This document shows positions 1 to 9,179 of a stretch of DNA of 64,000 nucleotides, one piece after another. The notes under the pieces were generated by a model, which did no database searches, was not told where the DNA came from, and saw only the letters and a program-made list of their open reading frames with translations. The DNA comes from Verrucomicrobiota bacterium (GTDB lineage Bacteria > Verrucomicrobiota > Verrucomicrobiia > Opitutales > Seribacteraceae), in the NCBI GenBank assembly GCA_027622665.1, contig JAQBYT010000002.1, positions 192,001 to 256,000 on the forward strand, given 5' to 3'. How positions within the stretch are numbered: the first letter of the stretch is position 1; each line of letters begins with the position of its first letter. Made by a program: the position numbers and the translations under genes.

Positions 1-1
1 C

Positions 2-1276
2 CTCACCGCCATCGGCGAATACGTCAACTCCTTCCTGGATGAAATGAGAAAAGTCCAGCCGGACGTCCCCCCTGTAAACGTTCCCGCCTTGCTTAAGGTT
101 ACGGGACTGGACGCCATTTCGGCCTTGGGTTTCAGTTCGGTTGCAACCGGCGACGGGTTCCGCAACAAGACTTACGTTCATACCCCCAAAGGTCGCAGAG
201 GCCTGCTCCGTATTATGGGTGGCGATTCGAAACCGTTCGAAGTAGTCAAATTGGCGCCCGCCGGCTCCGATCTTGTGATCGAACAGGATATCAACCTGAA
301 GACTCTTTACGAATCGGTACTGGAAGTAGCCGGCATCGCGATGGGAGAACAGGGCAAGGCAATGGTGCAAATGCAGGTCAAGCAATCCTTGCCTCCTCCT
401 TTCACTTTTACCGCGGAGAAAGTCTTGGCTGATCTCGATACTCAAGTTACCGTCGTCATCGACGCCGACCCTGCCAAGATGGTCAACGTTCCTAATTTTA
501 AAGGAATGAAAATTCCTCAGCTGAGCGGGGCGGTCCTTGTCGATGGTCTAGGATGGATTGCCGACGAGTTGGCCAAAGTTTTCGAACCAATGTTAGCCCA
601 AGGTGGAAACAGAGCCCCGCCATTCAAAATCGTACGCAACGCCAATTGGGTCGGCATACAGTTTGCAATCGAATCCGAAAACTTGGCAGAAAGTGACAGG
701 AAGGCGTTCAGCGATCTCGGTTGGGAGAGCGCCATGGTCGCCCACCATCGTCCGAGCGGAAAACTCGTCTTAGCTTCGGGTATGGAATTTGCCGACAAGC
801 TCTTCTCGCCCAAGTCCGGCCTTGATCAAGACCCCCAGTTCCAAAAGATCATGAAGGATTTGCCCATGGAAGGCACGGCCCTTTCCTATGCTTCTCCCGT
901 GTTCTTCTCGAGCCTGCGGAATTTTTTCGAGAAGGTAAACGAGCTGGAGAACGACAAGGAACATGAACAGGACGATCGTCTCATGACTACCAGCCTCCTT
1001 AACCTTCTCCTTCCCAAGAACGCTCGGGGCGCAGGACGAGTGACCACGAACACCAAGGACGGCATGCTCACTGTTTCCAACTCCGCGCATTCTCACAAGA
1101 GCAGTTTGGCTACCGGGCTTGCCAGTCCTGTCGTCATGATGTTCGGAGCATGGTCCTATCAAACCAATATGGTCATGGAGGCAATGGACTTTCCCAAGGC
1201 AGAACAAATCATCGAGGAAGTCGAGCATGAGCACCGTCTTCGCCCGAACCAAGACTTCGAAAAGATTGGGGACTGA
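2..1276 (+). CDS. Hypothetical protein, 5'-partial (frame is open from the window edge)
   Basis: 410-aa ORF at 44..1276. The same frame is open upstream to base 2 (LTAIGEYVNSFLDEM), so the true start lies outside the window. No recognisable motif. Confidence 0.75.
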   Translation, partial: LTAIGEYVNSFLDEMRKVQPDVPPVNVPALLKVTGLDAISALGFSSVATGDGFRNKTYVHTPKGRRGLLRIMGGDSKPFEVVKLAPAGSDLVIEQDINLKTLYESVLEVAGIAMGEQGKAMVQMQVKQSLPPPFTFTAEKVLADLDTQVTVVIDADPAKMVNVPNFKGMKIPQLSGAVLVDGLGWIADELAKVFEPMLAQGGNRAPPFKIVRNANWVGIQFAIESENLAESDRKAFSDLGWESAMVAHHRPSGKLVLASGMEFADKLFSPKSGLDQDPQFQKIMKDLPMEGTALSYASPVFFSSLRNFFEKVNELENDKEHEQDDRLMTTSLLNLLLPKNARGAGRVTTNTKDGMLTVSNSAHSHKSSLATGLASPVVMMFGAWSYQTNMVMEAMDFPKAEQIIEEVEHEHRLRPNQDFEKIGD

Positions 1277-1339
1277 GTTCAATTCCTCGTGCTAGGACCA
1301 TCGAAAACAATTTCAAATCAACCTAGGAAACAAAAAATT

Positions 1340-2377
1340 ATGAAACTCCATAGCGCAATCACACGCACTTTCACGCTCGGCCTGATGATGGCCCTCGCCC
1401 TGCCTCTCGCAGCCAAACCGGGCAAGGTCAAGGTCTTCATCATCATGGGCCAGTCAAACACGCTCGAGATGGGCCGGGTCAAGGGGGATAAGGAGGGAAC
1501 CCTTGAGCATGCGGTCAAGACTGAGAAGCTCTACTCCTTCATGGTCGATGACGCAGGAAACTGGACGACCCGCAAGGACGTCCGCAACGTGCACGTCATG
1601 GGTAGCGGAGGTCCCGGTAAAACCCGCGAGATGCGCAACGACTGGCTAACCGTTTCCGGAGGAAAGATCGGCATTGAGACCGGAATCGGACACCAGCTCG
1701 GCGATGCCTTGGATGCGCCCGTGCTTATCCTCAAGAGCTCGATCGGCAACCGTAGCCTCGGTTGGGACCTTCTTCCTCCCGGTAGTCCCCGCCACGAAGT
1801 CGAGACGACCGACAAGAAGACCGGGGAGAAGATCACTTTGGTTACACCCGCCCACAACGACGAAGTCCGTCACGCAAGTTGGACCAAGGGCGAAGTACCC
1901 GCTCCGCCCAAACATACTTGGCATGCAGGACTTCAATACCTGGGCGACGTGGCCCGGGCCCAGGACGTGCTGAAGAACCTGAGCAAGTATTACCCGGACG
2001 CATCCGAGTACGAAGTTGCCGGCTTTCTTTGGTGGCAAGGAGACAAAGACCGTTACAACGCCGCTCATTCCGCCGTGTACGAAAAGAACCTCCACCAACT
2101 ATTCAAGGCTCTCCGCAAGGAATTCAATGCACCCAAGGCCAAGATGGTCGTCGCCACCCTCGGTCAGACCAACAAGGACTCGGCTACCGGCAACGAGAAG
2201 CTCATCATCGACGGCATGTTTGCCTTTGGCGAGGCTCACAAGGGGGAAGCCGCCACCGTTTACACCCACCCGATCAGCATGGGCTCCTCTTCCAACGCTC
2301 ACTATGGTGGAAATGCCAAGACCTACATGAACGTCGGGTTGGCCATGGGCAAGGCCATGGTTAAGCTTCTGAAGTGA
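1340..2377 (+). CDS. Secreted SGNH sialate/carbohydrate O-acetylesterase (SASA, CE6-like)
   Basis: Signal peptide from ATG 1340. Motifs VKVFIIMGQSN, IGIETGIG, GNRSLGWD, GFLWWQGDKD and C-terminal His SNAHY. Confidence 0.85.
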   Translation: MKLHSAITRTFTLGLMMALALPLAAKPGKVKVFIIMGQSNTLEMGRVKGDKEGTLEHAVKTEKLYSFMVDDAGNWTTRKDVRNVHVMGSGGPGKTREMRNDWLTVSGGKIGIETGIGHQLGDALDAPVLILKSSIGNRSLGWDLLPPGSPRHEVETTDKKTGEKITLVTPAHNDEVRHASWTKGEVPAPPKHTWHAGLQYLGDVARAQDVLKNLSKYYPDASEYEVAGFLWWQGDKDRYNAAHSAVYEKNLHQLFKALRKEFNAPKAKMVVATLGQTNKDSATGNEKLIIDGMFAFGEAHKGEAATVYTHPISMGSSSNAHYGGNAKTYMNVGLAMGKAMVKLLK

Positions 2378-2411
2378 TGACAATGGCCCTAGCTTAGATT
2401 TTTCACGCGGC

Positions 2412-3092
2412 ATGATGAAAGAATTCAAATCGGCAAAAGTCGAAACCCTGATTGCTTGCATCCTGGGGTTAGCCATGGTTATCGGGACGGCCTGTACGCG
2501 TGATCCCAATCCCGTGGATGGAATCATCGAGATGGAGGCGGCGACGGGTGTTGTCGCCGTTTCTCCCGGTGACATGGAAAAAATCAAGGAGAAGATACCA
2601 GCCGGAAACAGTGGAGTGAGCAGGAGCTACTTGAAGGCCAATGGCAAAGAAACGGTCAGGGTATCCGGCTCGGGAAGCAATACGGCGGTCTTTCTTTCCG
2701 GAGCGACTCCGGAAACTGCCGACTACCGCATCAAGGGAACAAAGGGTTTTGTCGAGAAGGCTATCGCAAAAGTGCATGAAATTACCGGCGTCAGCCTGTC
2801 TTTGAACCGCCTTGAGCTGATCGCCGAAACGAAAACTTACTCCGCCTTCCGAGAAACCGAGTTTTCCCTTCTTGAGGAAGAACTAGGCAAGACCATGACC
2901 TCCTTGAGTCGATCCAGTTCCTCGTTCAATGAGTTGAAAACCATCAAGTCCGCCTTTGAAAACGGGATTCAAGAAGTACGGTTAAAGTTCTCCGAGGAAT
3001 TCTCTTCTCTAAAGATCACGATCGAGGGGGACCGGCAGTTCGTAGATCGAATCAAGGAGCTCATTGGGAAATCAAAGGTTTCGGGAGCTTAG
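2412..3092 (+). CDS. Hypothetical lipoprotein
   Basis: 226-aa ORF in the co-oriented gene run. Hydrophobic N-terminus ends in a lipobox-like IGTAC. Confidence 0.65.
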   Translation: MMKEFKSAKVETLIACILGLAMVIGTACTRDPNPVDGIIEMEAATGVVAVSPGDMEKIKEKIPAGNSGVSRSYLKANGKETVRVSGSGSNTAVFLSGATPETADYRIKGTKGFVEKAIAKVHEITGVSLSLNRLELIAETKTYSAFRETEFSLLEEELGKTMTSLSRSSSSFNELKTIKSAFENGIQEVRLKFSEEFSSLKITIEGDRQFVDRIKELIGKSKVSGA

Positions 3093-3117
3093 ATATAATC
3101 GACGAAGGACTTACTTC

Positions 3118-4512
3118 ATGGCGATTCCTCTCTCCTACCGCTTCACAACTTGGATAACCCTGCTGGGGTTCTTCCTTGGTTTCGAATCGGTCGCCTCCGG
3201 CAAGCCCGTTAAGGTCTTCATTCTTTCCGGCCAGTCCAATATGGTTGGAGCCGGCAAGGTGGACGGTGGCAGCAGTCGCTGGGGAAACCAGTTCATCGAC
3301 CCGGTGCTATCGGTCTACAAAGGGGACTATGATCCTGAAGCAGACTACGACTCCATGGAACCGACCAAGTCCTTGAAGCTTGAGGCATTCGGCGGCGTGC
3401 GGCCCACGCCCTATCCGGGCGGTGGCGCGCAAATCACCCGTGGATTTGTCCAGGTCAAGGAGACGGGTATCTACGAGTTCCGTCCCGGTTACGGGGGATC
3501 GACCTACAATGTCATGGAAGTCGACGGGAAGGAAGTTCACCGACAGGAAGCCGGACAGGATTCCCTCCGCACGGAAATCAAACTGGAAGGTGGCAAGAAG
3601 GTTCCTTTTAAGGTCACTTACTTCAATAGGCAGGCCAATGGTCTGGGCTGGATCGTTCGCCTGGATGTGTCGGGCGCCCTCTCGACTATGGTAAAATTCA
3701 AAGGCATGTACCCCTACCTGATTGATGAGAACAGGCAATGGAAGGCCCGCGACGACGTCTGGTACCGCGGCGTGGTGACGGCGACGGGCAACCGACCTCT
3801 CGGAGTCGCCGGAGGAAGGATCGGTCCGGAACTTGGTTTCGGGCATGCCGTCGGCAACCACATTGAGGAACCGGTTCTCATCCTCAAGACATCGCAGGGC
3901 AACCGCTCGCTCTCTTGGGACTTTCTTACCCCCGGAAGCAAGCGCTTCGAATACGGCGGAAAGATCTACGCGGGATACAAGGAGTCTCCCCTCTCCTGGG
4001 ACAAAGATACCAAACCCGATCCCATCAACTGGTATGCCGGCAAGCAGTACGATGATTGCTTCGGGGCCGCGCATGAGGTACTCAACAATTTCGACAAGGA
4101 GTTTCCGCATTGGAAGGGACAAGGCTACAAGATCGAGGGCTTTGCCTGGTGGCAGGGCGACAAGGACCGCTACAACGATGGCCACGCTTTTCAGTACGAG
4201 AAAAACCTCGTTCGTTTGATCAAGACTTTACGCCAGGAATTCAAGGCTCCGAAAGCCAAGTTCGTTGTGGCTACCCTTGGGCAAACCGCGAAGGACGCCC
4301 CGACCAGTAATGACAAATTAATCTTGGATGCTCAGCTTGCAGTCGACGGAACGACTGGAAAGTACCCCGAGTTCAAGGGTAACGTGTCCACCGTTTACAC
4401 CCACCCGCTCAGCCAGGGCGGAGCCTCCAACAGTCACTATAACGGGAACGCCCAGACCTACATGGACGTCGGTCTCGGCATGGGTGAAGCCATGGTTGAA
4501 CTGCTCAAATAG
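3118..4512 (+). CDS. Secreted SASA O-acetylesterase with internal PA14-like insertion
   Basis: VKVFILSGQSNM, IGPELGFG, GNRSLSWD, WWQGDKD, SNSHY; paralog of 1340..2377. Extra beta-rich segment RGFVQVKETGIYEF...MEVDGKEV...IKLEGGKKVPFKVTYF. Confidence 0.85.
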   Translation: MAIPLSYRFTTWITLLGFFLGFESVASGKPVKVFILSGQSNMVGAGKVDGGSSRWGNQFIDPVLSVYKGDYDPEADYDSMEPTKSLKLEAFGGVRPTPYPGGGAQITRGFVQVKETGIYEFRPGYGGSTYNVMEVDGKEVHRQEAGQDSLRTEIKLEGGKKVPFKVTYFNRQANGLGWIVRLDVSGALSTMVKFKGMYPYLIDENRQWKARDDVWYRGVVTATGNRPLGVAGGRIGPELGFGHAVGNHIEEPVLILKTSQGNRSLSWDFLTPGSKRFEYGGKIYAGYKESPLSWDKDTKPDPINWYAGKQYDDCFGAAHEVLNNFDKEFPHWKGQGYKIEGFAWWQGDKDRYNDGHAFQYEKNLVRLIKTLRQEFKAPKAKFVVATLGQTAKDAPTSNDKLILDAQLAVDGTTGKYPEFKGNVSTVYTHPLSQGGASNSHYNGNAQTYMDVGLGMGEAMVELLK

Positions 4513-4517
4513 ATTAG

Positions 4518-4727
4518 ATGAAAAATACGAATCACGGAATGGTTCTACTAGCCTGTTCAGTGGTGATTTTCTCCGGAGCCCTTTGCTTGGGTATGGGAGG
4601 CTTGATCGAAGCCATTTCTCCGCATCGTGGGCTAGGTTATGAGGATGCGGTCGTAACTGCTGGATATGCCTTGCTCGCCATGGGCGGAATTTCTTTTTTG
4701 AAAACCTACTTTAGAAAAAAGGAATGA
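4518..4727 (+). CDS. Small two-TM membrane protein
   Basis: 69 aa with two hydrophobic segments and a basic C-tail; tightly packed between co-oriented genes. Confidence 0.6.
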   Translation: MKNTNHGMVLLACSVVIFSGALCLGMGGLIEAISPHRGLGYEDAVVTAGYALLAMGGISFLKTYFRKKE

Positions 4728-4743
4728 ATTCGTCCTCAACCTT

Positions 4744-5385
4744 ATGAAAGCCATGAAAAATATTTTCACGATCTTAGCCTTTGCTTCGTTCAGCTTAGCA
4801 AGCAATTTGGCTCACGCCCAGGAATCGACCGTTTCCGTTCAACTGACGGTTCCCGACGGCGGATGGAAAATCCGCATCGACCAGGTTTACCAAACCCCAA
4901 CTCATCTGTTGGCTGTTTCGAAACTCGAGCGAAGCCCGGGTCTGGCCATCCAGGTCATCAGTCAAGCCAAGGCCTCGGTAAAGATTAAGGCCCCGAAACT
5001 GCCAGTTCGGCATTACGTTTTGGGCAAAACATGGAATTGGCCCAATAAGGAGCCCTATTCTTTTCTTTCCGATCCGAAGGAACTATCCAAGCCCATAGCC
5101 GGGACAAAACTTATTTTTCAAGCCAAAGCCAAGCCTGCGCCAAAAGTCGCGGCCATGGTCAGTTACATCGTGGTCTATAAGAAAGAGATATTTACAGACG
5201 GCAAAACCAAGCGGGGAGAGACCCTTCAACAACTCGCCGAGCGCCATTGTAAAGAATTGGGAGCTTCTCCCCCAAGCGTGCTTCGAATCATCAATGGCTT
5301 TGCCGCCAAATTCCCTTCGCGGAACGTTCCGAACCTCAAGGCGCTCCCGGAAGTAAAATACATAGAGATGGACCAAGGCTTCTAG
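4744..5385 (+). CDS. Secreted protein with PrcB-C-like N-domain and C-terminal peptidase inhibitor I9 (subtilisin propeptide-like) domain
   Basis: Signal peptide (AHA-QE). C-terminal SYIVVYK...INGFAAKF...LKALPEVKYIEMDQ matches the I9 pattern. N-part VPDGGWKIRIDQV...PGLAIQVIS resembles PrcB C-terminal domains (weaker call). Confidence 0.7.
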   Translation: MKAMKNIFTILAFASFSLASNLAHAQESTVSVQLTVPDGGWKIRIDQVYQTPTHLLAVSKLERSPGLAIQVISQAKASVKIKAPKLPVRHYVLGKTWNWPNKEPYSFLSDPKELSKPIAGTKLIFQAKAKPAPKVAAMVSYIVVYKKEIFTDGKTKRGETLQQLAERHCKELGASPPSVLRIINGFAAKFPSRNVPNLKALPEVKYIEMDQGF

Positions 5386-5390
5386 ATCGA

Positions 5391-6119
5391 ATGAAAAACA
5401 AAATCTACCGTACTCTTCTCGTTTTCCTTGTTTTCACCTTGGGTGAGTCAATTTTCGCCGAGGCGAAACCTCTACCGGATTTCAATGTGGAAAAGGTCAA
5501 CTGGGGAACCCAAAGATATAAGTTTACTCTGATCAAAAAGGAGGAAAAGATAGAAATGGGATCTGTCACCTTGAGCAATAAGCTCACTGGGGACCGAGTC
5601 ATCTTGACGGATGAGTTTCTTCTTCGCATCGAAGGCAAGCCGATTAGTTTGAACATGATGCAAGTCTGCCTGAAAGATCAGTATCTTTCACCCGTAAAAA
5701 TCGAGTGTAAAGGCAAAGGGGACGAAGAGTTTCCAACCTTCAAGGCCACCATCAAAGACGGGCAGGCGAAAATTGAAGGACCACGAGATGGAATGATGGA
5801 AATCCCCAAGGGAACCGTCACCTCGGCGGCATTCATGCGTATCGTCACTCAACTCCCACGCGTACAAGGAGCGACCTACCGATATGATTTCGCATTGGAG
5901 GCAAGCGAAATGAACCTCAAGAAAGAGTATCTCGTCAAGGTGATCGGCAAGGAAACCATCATCTGCGATGGCGAGCCTGTAAAATGTTGGAAAATCTCCC
6001 AGAACGGAGGCGGAATAAGAGAACAATTGTTTTGGGTGACCGAAAATGGTATCTTGCAACGTATATTGATGGACGGAAGCAAACAGATCGATCTGCAAAC
6101 GGGTGAACCGGGCGATTGA
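5391..6119 (+). CDS. Secreted hypothetical beta-rich protein (DUF3108-like)
   Basis: 242 aa with signal peptide. C-terminal VIGKETI...VKCWKI...LFWVTENG pattern; family call tentative. Confidence 0.65.
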   Translation: MKNKIYRTLLVFLVFTLGESIFAEAKPLPDFNVEKVNWGTQRYKFTLIKKEEKIEMGSVTLSNKLTGDRVILTDEFLLRIEGKPISLNMMQVCLKDQYLSPVKIECKGKGDEEFPTFKATIKDGQAKIEGPRDGMMEIPKGTVTSAAFMRIVTQLPRVQGATYRYDFALEASEMNLKKEYLVKVIGKETIICDGEPVKCWKISQNGGGIREQLFWVTENGILQRILMDGSKQIDLQTGEPGD

Positions 6120-6203
6120 ACTGCTTGCTCTCGGATTTTAAAGTATGAAAAGTAGACTGTGTCAGACCAAAGCTCTCAAAGCCTCGCAAACAAATTTATA
6201 GAC

Positions 6204-8861
6204 ATGAAATTGAAAAACGCATTCAACGGCGGGTTGATTATCCTTTCCCTCGGGATGGCAAGTCTTGGGACGGCCAAGGAGGAGGAACTTGTCCCTCTCA
6301 CGAAAGCTGGGAAGAAAATCGAAGCCCATTACGCCAAGCAATTGGACGACCTGCGAGCTCGTTTGACCAAGGAGATTCCCTTCGATCCCGCCCCCACCAC
6401 CGAGGAGGCCCGGGAGAAGAAATTCGATTTTCCCGCGGTTGAAATCGGCAAGGACAAGAAGGGCGACGACCATTCCCTCGAGGAATTGTTAACTGAGGAG
6501 GAAGAGCCTGGGAAAACGCCTCCCACTCAGGAAGAGAAAATGTCATCCTTCATGTCCAGCGAGAAGTTGGACGAGCTTCTCGTCAAGTTCGTCATCCTGC
6601 TCGACGCCACTCCTCGGGGTCTGGCGGAATTCGGTCAGAAAAGCAAAGAGCATTTTGCGCTTACCGAACGGATGCTGGCGGATTCCGATTTGTTGAAACG
6701 GATGTTGATCGCGGACGGAGCCCAAGCCAAGCGGATCCGTAACGGTTACGGACCGGCCCGCTACGGAGAGGCAATGGAGATTTACACGCAGATCGGAAAG
6801 GCCAGCAAGAAATCGGCAAGCGGCGTTCTCAACCGCTTGGCCCTTGCCCTTGCCCTCGAACATGCCATCCCGGTTAAGTGCTCGAACCCCGAAGCCCTTG
6901 AGAACGCGCCTGTAACAATCGATCCGGTCAAGCGCTACCTTCACTATGAAAAGGCCTTTGTTGACGGCGAACTGGATCCGACCTTCAAGAATTTGAACAT
7001 TTGGAATCTCCGCATGGTCGTGAACGGAGACGAACCCGACGAGACCTTGGCTTGGGGACGCCGGATGCTCCGTAACTTCCGACCGGATCACATATACAGC
7101 TCGAATTTCGGCTGGCGGTACGTCGGCGTCGTGGGTTCGGACGTCAAGTACGGATCGGGTGACAAAAAATACGACAGGCCCGAATTGCAAAAGTACCAGA
7201 ACATTCTCATGAACGGTGGAATTTGCGGACGCCGGGCATTCTTCGGACGCTTCATCCTGCGCTCATTTGGAGTTCCGACCACCGCCCGACCAAGCCGAGG
7301 TCATGGCGCTTTGGCCCGCTGGACACCCGAGGGATGGTGCGTAAACCTGGGGCCTGGTTGGGGTTCGGGTTGGACCTCCACGCGCTACCAAAAGGATCTC
7401 GACTTTCTCGCAAGCTCCAAGGCCCGCAAAGACAAGAAGGGTTTCCTCGAAGTCAAGAGAGCCCAATGGATCGGCGACGTTTTCGGTGAAAAGAGAATTT
7501 ACGGGGAGAACGACCAGAGCCTTACGTTCAATAGTCTCGTGGAACTGAAACCCCCATTTTGGAATGGCTTGGCCCTAACTGCCCAACGAAAGATCATCAA
7601 CGATTTGAAGGAAGTCACCCTGGGAGCATTGGGAGAAGAGCTAGGAGAGTCCGACAAGCCCACCATTGCTCAACAAGTAATCGCATCCCCGGTCGATCCG
7701 CAGGAGCAAAAAATTGCCTACGCTGAAAACGGTGCGATCTCGATCCCTTCGGTCGCCTTCGGCAAAACTTCGGAAAACGCGCGCGAGGTCCTTTCAATGA
7801 AGAGCTTTGGCGGTGGCATGCAAATCTTCCTTCCCCGCTTCTCCCCGCAAGGTCTAACTGTTATGCGCGGAGGCACTTGGAAGGAAGGTGCCAGTGCGTG
7901 CGCCTCGGGCAGTCGCATTCTCAGCGGAGGCTACGGCAGGTATGAGAACTGGGGACTACGGGCCGCCCTTACGCCGAGCGGCGCCAATCCTCCGAAGGAA
8001 TTGACACTCGATTTGGGAGACGGCGTGACCATGGAATTTATATACGTAAAGCCGGGAACCTTCGTCATGGGTGGAGAGAACGAGAAAGAGGGCCGCTTCG
8101 AATGCGTGGAAGTACCGAGGCACGTAGTGGGTCTGACCAAGGGCTTCTACCTAGGCAAGTACGAGGTGACCCAAGCCCAGTACCAAGTTGCCATGGGATC
8201 GAACCCGAGCCGATCCACCAAGAATCCGGACTGTCCGGTCGACAACGTATCCGAACCTGACGCCCTGCAATTTTGCATTAGAATAAGCGAGATCACGGGA
8301 GCCGATGGGAGGCTTCCCACTGAAGCCGAGTGGGAATATGCCAGCCGGGCGGGACGGGGCACCAAATGGTTCTTCGGCGAGGATCCTTCCGGAATCGGAG
8401 ACTATGCCTGGTTCAAGGACAACGCCGGGGCCAAGTCTCATCCCGTGGGGCAGAAAAAACCAAATCCCTGGGGGTTTTACGATATCTACGGAAACGTTTG
8501 CGAACGCATATCAGACAAGTATGCCAAAAACTATTATTCGGTCAGCCCCAAGACTGACCCGACCGGACCCAAGCAAGCAACGAAGTCCCGGTTCGGATAC
8601 CAGGTATCGGCTTCAAGAGCGGGCAAGTATTCCTTGGAAGCCAAGGTGGTCACGGCAAACTATGATCAGCGGATCAAGGTCTCGGCCAACGAGGGGACCG
8701 GGGTAGCCATGAAGATGCCCTTCACCGAAGGAGTCTGGCAAATCTCGGAACCCGTTGAGGTCACTCTCGTCAAAGGTGAAAACCTCCTGAATTTCTGGCG
8801 CGACGAACCACCGCAAAAAGGCGTGGCGATCAAGGAATTCGTCCTCACTCCAATAAAGTAA
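6204..8861 (+). CDS. Secreted multidomain protein: transglutaminase-like Cys/His domain + FGE/SUMF1-family domain + CBM6/35-like beta-sandwich
   Basis: Signal peptide from ATG 6204. GGICGRRAFFGRFILRSFGVP...RGHGAL...W (TG-like). FGE motifs PGTFVMG, FYLGKYEVTQAQY, RLPTEAEWEYA, NPWGFYDIYGNV. C-terminal AGKYSL...VTLVKGENLL. Confidence 0.8.
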   Translation: MKLKNAFNGGLIILSLGMASLGTAKEEELVPLTKAGKKIEAHYAKQLDDLRARLTKEIPFDPAPTTEEAREKKFDFPAVEIGKDKKGDDHSLEELLTEEEEPGKTPPTQEEKMSSFMSSEKLDELLVKFVILLDATPRGLAEFGQKSKEHFALTERMLADSDLLKRMLIADGAQAKRIRNGYGPARYGEAMEIYTQIGKASKKSASGVLNRLALALALEHAIPVKCSNPEALENAPVTIDPVKRYLHYEKAFVDGELDPTFKNLNIWNLRMVVNGDEPDETLAWGRRMLRNFRPDHIYSSNFGWRYVGVVGSDVKYGSGDKKYDRPELQKYQNILMNGGICGRRAFFGRFILRSFGVPTTARPSRGHGALARWTPEGWCVNLGPGWGSGWTSTRYQKDLDFLASSKARKDKKGFLEVKRAQWIGDVFGEKRIYGENDQSLTFNSLVELKPPFWNGLALTAQRKIINDLKEVTLGALGEELGESDKPTIAQQVIASPVDPQEQKIAYAENGAISIPSVAFGKTSENAREVLSMKSFGGGMQIFLPRFSPQGLTVMRGGTWKEGASACASGSRILSGGYGRYENWGLRAALTPSGANPPKELTLDLGDGVTMEFIYVKPGTFVMGGENEKEGRFECVEVPRHVVGLTKGFYLGKYEVTQAQYQVAMGSNPSRSTKNPDCPVDNVSEPDALQFCIRISEITGADGRLPTEAEWEYASRAGRGTKWFFGEDPSGIGDYAWFKDNAGAKSHPVGQKKPNPWGFYDIYGNVCERISDKYAKNYYSVSPKTDPTGPKQATKSRFGYQVSASRAGKYSLEAKVVTANYDQRIKVSANEGTGVAMKMPFTEGVWQISEPVEVTLVKGENLLNFWRDEPPQKGVAIKEFVLTPIK

Positions 8862-8912
8862 AACGATCATTCGGAAAATTCAGAATAACTGGATTGCGGG
8901 AGAAAATGCGAT

Positions 8913-9179
8913 TTGGACCTTATCGTTTCAATATTCTCGTGGGGAATTTGCCTCATCATCGGCGTCCCCCTGGCACTGCTCGGCTTCTTCCATCTATTCC
9001 TGCCCAAAACAGCATGGTCGGTTTATCGCGGTTGGGGCAGGCTTTGGGGTTCCGACCCCGAGAAGATCAACCCAAACTACAACTCGGGAAGCGCCATGCG
9101 CGTGGTAGGTCTGGCGATGGGGATATGCGGGGTCGTTATCTGCTTCATTCCTAAAGTCATGGCGTATGCCCCAAGCTAA
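8913..9179 (+). CDS. Small membrane protein (DUF6199-like)
   Basis: 88 aa with two TM helices flanking PKTAW...GW...DP...MRVVG; stop overlaps the next start. TTG start uncertain. Confidence 0.55.
   Translation: MDLIVSIFSWGICLIIGVPLALLGFFHLFLPKTAWSVYRGWGRLWGSDPEKINPNYNSGSAMRVVGLAMGICGVVICFIPKVMAYAPS

Noticed and set aside
7860..8570. FGE domain as the sulfatase-maturing enzyme, or as a diversity-generating retroelement target
   Set aside because: The two-Cys catalytic motif of true FGE is absent, and I saw no reverse transcriptase or template/variable repeat pair in the window.
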